Shown here: positions 11,798 through 19,085 of the stretch, piece after piece
How positions within the stretch are numbered: position 1 is the first letter of the stretch
Layout of the letters: each line of letters opens with the position of its first letter
Origin: Chrysochromulina tobinii
Taxonomy: Eukaryota
Direction of reading: 5' to 3'
Length of the DNA stretch: 37,610 bases
Assembly (NCBI GenBank): GCA_001275005.1
Contig: JWZX01002586.1
Location: forward strand, 1 to 37,610
Made by a program: the position numbers and the translations under genes
Notes under the pieces: generated by a model
What the model was told of the DNA's origin: nothing
The model's input: the letters and a program-made list of their open reading frames with translations, nothing else
The model's database searches: none

Positions 11798-14197
11798 TCA
11801 GTCCACAGAAACCCATCCCGGTGAGAGGATGGTGTTGGGAGTACCGGTGGGCAACCCATCTGCCTGTGCCCTGCCATGCCCCCCATAGCGCTCTGGGCTC
11901 GTCAACGGATTCACATAAAGTGCCTCCGCTGCCGCGCCTAGGCCACTTCTGGGCGCCATGTCGGGCTCTTGCATGCTCGCATCCGGTGAACGCGATGGCA
12001 AGAGCTCTTCCTGAAGCCCGCCGGCCCTCGGCGGCGCGCCGGCGGTGAGCCGTCCGGTAGGCGCGGTTGCGCCTTCGTCCGGCAGCCCCGCCAGCACACC
12101 CAACGGCAAACGGCCGGAGACACTCGCTCGCACGAGGGCTGCATTGTTCTCACGGAGCAGGCGGAGCTGTGCAAGCACCTGCCTCTCGAAGACCATCGGG
12201 AGGAGGCCGCGCCCAATCCCATGCAGTAGCACATAGGCGGTGAGGCATGAGAGCAGCACACACGAGCTCTGCTCGCCGTCAAGCCCGAAAATCAGGATTA
12301 CGCACAAAGGGAGGGACAGGAAGAGCGCCCCGAGGCTCGTGACGCTGTTCGCCATGAGGCACGTGAGCGGGAAGACGAGCGGCATGCTGCACCGGTGGAT
12401 GATGAGCGTTGAGTCCTCGTTGCACCAGAGGAAGATGGCACACCCGACGCAGCCACCAAGGAACATGGTTGGGAAGAACTTGCCACCCACGAAGCCGAAA
12501 CTGAGCGCCGTGCGAGTCGCGAGCAGCTTGACTACACCGATGCCGATCAGCGTGCTGGGTGCGAGCGTGCGGTTGTTGGTGCCAGCGAGGAGGTAGCGCA
12601 GAAAGTCTGTACCCTCGCCCAAGCAAAACGGCTGCAAAACGGCCCACAGCCCAATGAGGAGGCCCCCGAGAATGGGTTGGAGCAGCGCACCGAGCGAGGC
12701 GACCTCGTCACAGATCGGGCGGGCGGTGCACAGGCTGAGCAGCCGATACCTCAACAGGCTCGTCTTGGACGTCCACCAAAAGTTGAGGCGCGTGTGATCG
12801 AGCCAGCAGAGAAGGCGCAGCCCGAGCGTCTGCAGCACCGCACCCACGATCTCCCCGAGCAGTGCGAGCCCGCAGCCAAGCACTCCGAAAAGCATGGCCA
12901 CGGGGTAGTGCCAGAGCTCGACGACCCACGCTTTCTGCAAGAGGAAGAGGAACACGTCGGCGGACGACGCGCCAGTCGAGGCGACGAGGTCGTCGGAGGT
13001 CAAGTCGTCCGCCGAGAGAAAGGTGTTAGACGCACCGAGCGAGTAGACAACTGCGCCAACGCTCCCGCCAAACGTGACAAAGATGACGAACTGGGCAAAG
13101 TCAAAGCGGAACTTGGAGTGCGGTAGCTCGCCCGGTGCGGCGGCCGACCGCTTCGCATCGACGGCAACGTCCTTGGCGCACCCGAGGCAGCTTAGTGCTC
13201 CGGCGGCTCGTCGGCCCACACCCGTCAGCCTCGCCTCCGCTGTACCGGAAGGCTCCGCCGCTGCCGTGGCCGTGGCCTCTGCCGTTGCCGTTGCATCTGC
13301 CCTTGCCGTTGCATCTGCCCTTGCCTGCTTTCGGAGCGCATGGGCCTCATCCCGCTCCGCGAGTGCAGCGACAGACGCCTTTACAGCGGCCACGGAGATG
13401 ATGGTCGTCGTGATGTTCAGCTCGAGCATGAGGGCAATCGCACAGATGAGTCCCGGGAAGATGTTGACGAAGGCCGTCGCCATCCCGATCAGCACATACT
13501 CCTCGCTAAAGCCACGCTGCACCTCTCGCTCAGATCCTGCCCCTGCGCCGCCTGCCCCTCGTGGGCCCACCTTCAGTAGCCGATGCAGACCCGCGCCGAC
13601 GCCTGCGCCGAAGGAGCCGTTGGGAGCCTCCGGGCCTACGCTCGCGCCGCATCCAATCGCCACGGCCCCGCAGAGCAGGATAAAATAGCCGTGCACCATG
13701 TGGCCCTCGAGGGATCCGACCTCGACCACGAGGTTAGGGGTGAGTCGCGGAAAGACACGAGAGGAGGTGCGGTGCGTAGCATCCCTGTCAAAGATGCCGA
13801 AGAAGACGCTGAAGAAGGTGCCCAGCAGCTTCAGACCGGCGATCACGGCACCGCCACACGTGGTGTACACGATCCATCGCCACTCTCCGCTTCCCCAAGC
13901 AGCATATGCAGTCACGTTGTGAGGCACGACGCTCGTACCATCGTATGCCAGGCCGTGGTCCAATTCGTCGGTGTGCCACGTGGCCTGCGCAATAGAGGTC
14001 GCAATCAGTTGAAAGAGGAGTGCACCACACGCAGTCAAAGCGCCCGCCGCGCAGCTGGCGAGCAACGTCCACCAAAATTTGTGCTCCAGTCCGAATGAAG
14101 AGCCGGCGAAGCGCCACATGTATAGCGTGGAGGCTGCGTCCTCGCCATAGTGGTGTGACAACGTCTGAAATGGCCTCGAGCGGGGTGGAAGTGTCAT
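11798..14197 (-). CDS. CLC-family chloride channel / Cl-/H+ antiporter-like membrane protein
   Basis: Many hydrophobic helices, GASVGPEAP (GxEGP-like gating-glutamate motif) and GFVGGKFFPTMFLG (GxFxP motif). No CBS domains are evident. Confidence 0.82.
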   Translation of the reverse strand: MTLPPRSRPFQTLSHHYGEDAASTLYMWRFAGSSFGLEHKFWWTLLASCAAGALTACGALLFQLIATSIAQATWHTDELDHGLAYDGTSVVPHNVTAYAAWGSGEWRWIVYTTCGGAVIAGLKLLGTFFSVFFGIFDRDATHRTSSRVFPRLTPNLVVEVGSLEGHMVHGYFILLCGAVAIGCGASVGPEAPNGSFGAGVGAGLHRLLKVGPRGAGGAGAGSEREVQRGFSEEYVLIGMATAFVNIFPGLICAIALMLELNITTTIISVAAVKASVAALAERDEAHALRKQARADATARADATATAEATATAAAEPSGTAEARLTGVGRRAAGALSCLGCAKDVAVDAKRSAAAPGELPHSKFRFDFAQFVIFVTFGGSVGAVVYSLGASNTFLSADDLTSDDLVASTGASSADVFLFLLQKAWVVELWHYPVAMLFGVLGCGLALLGEIVGAVLQTLGLRLLCWLDHTRLNFWWTSKTSLLRYRLLSLCTARPICDEVASLGALLQPILGGLLIGLWAVLQPFCLGEGTDFLRYLLAGTNNRTLAPSTLIGIGVVKLLATRTALSFGFVGGKFFPTMFLGGCVGCAIFLWCNEDSTLIIHRCSMPLVFPLTCLMANSVTSLGALFLSLPLCVILIFGLDGEQSSCVLLSCLTAYVLLHGIGRGLLPMVFERQVLAQLRLLRENNAALVRASVSGRLPLGVLAGLPDEGATAPTGRLTAGAPPRAGGLQEELLPSRSPDASMQEPDMAPRSGLGAAAEALYVNPLTSPERYGGHGRAQADGLPTGTPNTILSPGWVSVD

Positions 14198-14293
14198 GAG
14201 AAGGAACTAAATCCCTTTGAGGCCTAGTAGCTAGCGCCGCCTCCCCTTTTTCCTCGACCTCATCTTCTTACGAGACGCCCGGCCATTCAAGCG

Positions 14294-17200
14294 TCAACTT
14301 TGGAGCCTACCACGGCGCTTCTCGCCCATCTCGGCGCTCTGAAAAAGCGCCTCGAGTAGTTCATCCGAGAGGACACAGCCCACGTGTCGCGTAGCACCGT
14401 CGGCGAGCGGCGAGCGGCCTCGCTGAAACTCAACTACGATCTTCCGGCACGTGCCGGCACAGCCGCAACGTGGTCCAAGGGAGACTTGGTGCACAAATGG
14501 TGGGAAGGAACGCACGAGTGCACTGCGCGACGAGACGAGGCGCCAGTGCGGCCCGCCGGTGGGGTCCAGGAGCAGCTGGCCACCCAGGTCGGCTGTTTCC
14601 GGGCAGGCGCACACGCCGAGCTCCGCGACGATCGGATGAGCCTCTGGGTGCGGGCAGCGCGAGCAGCGGCCTTCGTCGTCGGGATCCATGCCGCCTGGCA
14701 GCGGCGGCTGGCAGAAGCATCCGGGGCAGAGGGGGTACGCGCGCTGCCCGGCGGCGCCGCGCGTATTCGGTGCGAAGAGGAGCAGCTCATATGCGCACAG
14801 TGGGCAGCGGCGCTCATTGTAGAGCCGGAAGCTCCCTCCCACTGGTAAAGGGATGGTCCGAGATGGGATCTCCGCGGTCCGAGATGGGATCTCCGTGAGC
14901 TCCGCGGTCTGCGCGTTGTATAGATGCGGGCGCGGGTGTAGCCTCAGCCGTAGGTAGTGGCCTGAATGCGGCGCGCGGCAAAACGGCTTCGAGTCCCGTC
15001 CGAGGACGCCGTCGGCACCATCGACGGCACCATCGATGCGGGCGCTTCCATCGTCCGCAACCGGCGTCGGCTTGGCGATGTCCCACTGCAATGTGCCGCC
15101 ATACTGCTCGATGAACTGAGCGAGGGTGTACGCGTTGCCGTCGGTGATGTCGATGCGACGCTCCTCACCACCGCCTCCACGTGTGTCACCGCCACCCTCG
15201 CCAACCCCCACACCGTCACCTCCGCCTCCATCACCGCCAGCTCCACCTCCGCCAGCTCCACCGCTGCCTCCACCGCCGCCTCCACTGCCGCCTCCGCCGC
15301 CGCCTCCGCCGCCGCCTCCGCCTCCACCACCAAAGGATGCCTCCAAGAGCTCATGCAGGAGGCCGATGTTGCGCGTCAGGTGCTCAAACTTGGCGCGGAA
15401 CTCTTGCAGGCAGTGCGCGACCACAACGGCGCGTTTCGTCTCGCCTCGAGCGATGCGATCGAGCTGTGCCTCGACGTGCGAGCGGACCGTCGGCAGCACC
15501 AGCTCCGGGTCAATGCGCCGAATCGCCTGGGCGAGTGCGAGTCCGACGGACGTAGGCAATCAGCATGCAATTAGATAGGCCATCAGAGGCCATCAGCGGC
15601 ACCTGGGCGAGTGCCAGCCCGACGGACGTAGGCAATCAGCATGCAATTAGATAGGCCATCAGAGGCCATCAGCGGCACCTGGGTGAGTGCCAGCCCGACG
15701 AACGTAGGCAATCAGCATGCAATTAGATAGGCCATCAGAGGCCATCAGCGGCACCTGGGTGAGTGCCAGCCCGAGGGAGGTAGGCAATCAGCATGCAATT
15801 GGATAGGCCATCAGAGGCCATCAGCGGCACCTGGGTGAGTGCCAGCCCGAGGGAGGTAGGCAATCAGCATGCAATTAGATAGGCCATCAGAGGCCATCAG
15901 CGGCACCTGGGTGAGTGCCAGCCCGAGAGGGGTAGGCTCGAAGCGCCGCCCGCCCGTGCCGCCGAGCAGACGAACGTACTTGCGCTGCTCGATCGTGTGG
16001 ATATGAGTGGCAATCGAGGCATCGGTGCCGATCCCATTCATCTCCATGAGCCCAATCAGCTCACTCTCACTCAGGGCGGACGGCTCGGTGGTCGCGTGCT
16101 CCTCGAGCGTCACCGGACCGAAGGCGTATCGACTCGCGACACAGACCCAATCCGGCAGAGGCTCGCATGGCGGCGCAAGGCGCGGCAGCACACGGTACCT
16201 GATGACGGAGGCCATCAGTGGCAGTCAGTGTCCCTCTTCAAAGCCTCTCGATGTCACTCAGCGCCCATCAGCCGTCATCCACGGCAATCAGCATACCGGC
16301 CACGCTCAATCAGCACGGCAATCAGCATACCAGCCACTCTCAATCATCTCACGCCCTCGCGCCTCGAAGACCTCGCCGCCCACGTCGACGGTCGCGAGCA
16401 CGACACGAAGCCGCGCATCCGGCGAGACCGAAGCCAGGAAGGTGCGTGCGACGAGCTCGTACAGACGCCACGCGTCGAAGCCTCCGCAGGCACACGCCTG
16501 CTCACGCGTCGCGGCGGCTACCGGCGTGATCGGCGGGTGATCGCCCGCGTCCACAGCGCCCGGCCGCTTGCGCAACTGTGGGGATGCGGGCGCCGTAGTG
16601 AGCACTTGCATGCAGGGCGGGCGCCCTGCCACTTGCGCGCCTGCCGCCGCTTAGTCTTTTCGAGTCTCAGTGGCAAGCAGTGGCAAGCAGTGGCAAGCAG
16701 TGGCAAGCAGTGGCAAGCAGTGGCAAGCAGTGGCAAGCAGTGGCAAGCAGTGGCAAGCAGTGGCAAGCAGTGGCAAGCAGTGGCAAGCAGTGGCAAGCAG
16801 TGGCAAGCAGTGGCAAGCAGCGTCCATCAGCGCACCTGCAGACGCCCAGGCTCTTCGAGGAGCCACGCCGCATGCTCGCCCCACTCGGGGTGCCCCTGCT
16901 GGGCGCGCACCTGTGGGGAGCAGGGCGCCGTGGTGAGCACTTGCATGCAGGGCGTGCTCGCCCCACTCGGGGTGCCCCCGCAGCGCGCGCACTGTCGTTA
17001 CGAAATCGAACCCCTCGGGGTAAGCTGTGGACTCGGTGCGTGGGTAAGAGAGTAGCCCGCCCATGTACCTGATCAGGGAGTCCATTGCGTCGCACTCAGT
17101 CGCACTCAGTCGCACTCAGTCGCAATCGTGGGTGCGAGAGCCGCTCGCCAAGGTACAATCCCTCTGCGATTTCGTCAAGGTACAATCCCTCTGCGATTTC

Positions 17201-18707
17201 GTCAAGGTACAATCCCTCTGCGATTTCGTCAAGGTACAATCCCGAAGGGTTCGATTTCGTCCATCAAGGTACAATCCCTCTGCGATGCGCATCGCCGAAT
17301 GGGCACCGAGCCCGAGCGCCGCCGAGCATGTCTTGAGCAGCTGCACAGTATTGAGGCCGAGCGGCCGTGCTCGGGTCTCTTCTGTTTCGTCAAGCTGCGA
17401 GAGCGCCGCGGCGGGCGCTTCTCGCACGAGCTGGCAGCACACTGCAGCGACGCCGCGGTCGAAGACGCGAGAGCGACGCCAGTGCACCTGTGGGGAGGAG
17501 GGCGCCGTGCTGAGCACGTGCATGCGCGAAGACGCGAGAGCGACGCCAGTGCACCTGTGGGGAGGAGGGCGCCATGGTGAGCACTTGCATGCGCGAAGAC
17601 GCGTGAGCGACGCCAGTGCACCTCCAGCGACGGAGTCGTGGGCGCTCCCGGTGCCGCCGCCGCCGCCGCCACCTCCTCCATAGCCGATTTGGCGATGTCC
17701 CACTGCAAGGTGCCGCCGTACTCGGCGATGAATTCGGCCTTCGTGTACGCATTGCCGTCGGTGATGTCGATGCGCCGCTCTTCGCCCGCCTTCAACGGTG
17801 CTCCGCCGTGAGCGCCGCCGAGAGGGCCCTGCAACCAGCGCGGAGCGCCCGAGCCCCTGGGTCAGTTTCTGTAATCCGGGCTCATCAGCGCTCATCAGCG
17901 CTCATCAGCGCTCATCAGCGCTCATCAGCGCTCATCAGCGCTCATCAGCGCTCATCAGCGCTCATCAGCGCTCAACACCTGCAAGCGGGCCGCCAGCGTC
18001 CAGTACGGCTCGGGCACGAAGGCGGCGATCTCGAGGTGGCGCTGCACGACGAAGCCGAGGGCGGGCGTCTGGCATGGGCCGAAGCTGATCGTCGTGTTTG
18101 CCAGCCGCTTGATCCGGTCGCTCACTGACTGCGTCAAGTAGCGCGTGAATGCGACGCCTACCTTGAGATCCAGCTCCTGGCGCGCGTCCACCGCCGACGC
18201 CTCCGCCTCATTCGGCTGTGTGAGTGTCTCCATCGCGCGGCTGACGGACGCTGCCGAGACGGCGGAGAAGCGTGCGCGCCACACACGCCGCGCGTCGCCC
18301 GCTGCCGGACGCAGCGCTGGCAGCACGATGTGCATCACCTCGAAGCAGATGTTCTCGCCCTCACGGTCGCAATCAAGCCACAGGACGAGATGGGAGCAGC
18401 CCTTGGCCGCCTCGCGCAAGTGATTGCACACGGCACCGCTCGTAGGCGTCTTCACAGTGCCACACGAGAAGAGCTCGATCGGCGGACGATCCCACGAAGA
18501 GGCGTAAGGCTCTGTAAAGTCCAAGTTGAACACGTGGCCCTTGACCGACGTGACCCTAAACCTCGCGGGCTTGCCGAGAAAGGATCCGTCGAGCTCGTGC
18601 ACGTCTGTCTCCCCGTGCCGCACGCTCACAGCTCGCTCGTGTGCAAGAAATGTCGCAATCGCTGCGGCGAGCGAGGGCTTCTCGGCCACATGCAGGATGT
18701 GTTCCAT
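14294..18707 (-). CDS. TOP3B: DNA topoisomerase III beta; 8 exons: 18707-17979, 17828-17622, 17487-17273, 17068-16993, 16910-16836, 16575-16331, 16198-15907, 15526-14294
   Basis: TOPRIM motifs VAEKPSLA, TSVKGHV, LWLDCDREGENICFEV; then RQELDLKVG, SFGPCQTPALG, catalytic SYPRTEST, DAGDHPPITP, GIGTDASIATHI, IDPELVLPTVR and C-terminal Cys-rich zinc-ribbon motifs (CPLCAYELL, CPGCF). Seven GT-AG introns restore one open frame. Confidence 0.93.
15527..15906 (-). repeat. TOP3B intron 7: five tandem 76-bp units, each starting with GT and ending with AG
   Basis: Units 15906-15831, 15830-15755, 15754-15679, 15678-15603, 15602-15527. Each is a 46-nt cassette GTGCCGCTGATGGCCTCTGATGG...GCATGCTGATTG plus a 30-nt copy of the upstream exon end (...GGCACTCACCCAG). 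Confidence 0.9.
16199..16330 (-). other. TOP3B intron 6 (132 nt) with an internal duplicate of its exon/donor junction
   Basis: TG|GTATGC...CATCAG|GTAC restores ESGWYRVLP. The junction TGATTGAGAGTGGCTGGTATGCTGATTGCCGTG is repeated immediately as TGATTGAGCGTGGCCGGTATGCTGATTGCCGTG. Confidence 0.75.
16671..16820 (+). repeat. (TGGCAAGCAG)15 10-bp satellite inside TOP3B intron 5 (16835-16576)
   Basis: 15 perfect copies. Confidence 0.95.
17069..17272 (-). other. TOP3B intron 3 (204 nt): 27-bp tandem repeats of the donor junction, an inverted exon fragment and a 10-bp repeat
   Basis: TT|GTACCTTG...GATCAG|GTAC restores AEGLYMGGLLSYPRTEST. On the + strand, CAAGGTACAATCCCTCTGCGATTTCGT repeats at 17149/17176/17203 and (CGCACTCAGT)3 lies at 17091-17120. 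Confidence 0.8.
17488..17621 (-). repeat. TOP3B intron 2: two tandem 67-bp GT...AG units
   Basis: Units 17621-17555 and 17554-17488; each is a 29-nt copy of the exon 3 start (GTGCACTGGCGTCGCTC...) plus the 38-nt acceptor cassette. Confidence 0.88.
17881..17970 (+). repeat. (CTCATCAGCG)9 10-bp satellite inside TOP3B intron 1 (17978-17829)
   Basis: Nine perfect copies. Both intron junctions read TTGCAG|G. Confidence 0.95.
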
Positions 18708-18805
18708 TTGTTCTGAGCGCTCACGACGGCGCCCGTTTGGTTGAGAGCAATCGGCTCGTGGCCGTTTACGATAGCATTTTGGGCACACGAGTGCACTCAC
18801 GAGGC

Positions 18806-18888
18806 GTCTGTGCGAGCAGGTAGAGCAGGGCGTGAGGAGTGATTTTAGTCTGTGCGAGCAGGTAGAGCAGGGCGTGCGGAGTGATTTT
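18806..18888 (+). repeat. 42-bp-period tandem duplication upstream of TOP3B
   Basis: GTCTGTGCGAGCAGGTAGAGCAGGGCGTG(A/C)GGAGTGATTTT occurs twice. Confidence 0.85.
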
Positions 18889-19085
18889 TCATCGCATTTG
18901 ACCGTACAGATTCTCTTCGGCGTATGAATTCATACACATTTGACCGACACATCAACATTTTGTCCTCTAGTCACCAATTGCTAGCGCACTAGCTACTGTT
19001 CCCACTGTGACGGTACACTCCGCTCGCTCAGATTCGAATAACAGCCACAGCCGCCAAAGCTCGCCGTGTGCCGCGCAGTGTGACG

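Larger units (their letters stand above)
16576..17592 (-). mobile_element. Dispersed 38-nt intron 3'-end cassette GCATGCAAGTGCTCACCAYGGCGCCCTSCTCCCCACAG, four copies (17592-17555, 17525-17488, 16948-16911, 16613-16576); Introner-like
   Basis: The near-identical cassette ends three different introns (2, 4, 5) and is preceded each time by a copy of the downstream exon start. Mobility is inferred, not shown. Confidence 0.6.

Noticed and set aside
14855..14896. 21-bp duplication (EIPSRTAEIPSRT) as an intron
   Set aside because: In frame with no splice signals; a simple coding tandem duplication.
15126..15578. Extensin-like Pro-rich ORF on the + strand
   Set aside because: Antisense of the Gly-rich linker in TOP3B exon 8.
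15527..15906. CRISPR-like array
   Set aside because: The units are contiguous tandem repeats with no unique spacers, there are no cas genes, and they lie in a eukaryotic intron.
15997..18128. ORFs with repeats such as VASSGKQWQA, CHCLPLLATA and SSALISAHQR
   Set aside because: Translations of intronic 10-bp satellites, not proteins.
14294..18707. TOP3B as a fragmented pseudogene
   Set aside because: Seven GT-AG introns restore a continuous frame with TOPRIM and catalytic Tyr motifs intact.
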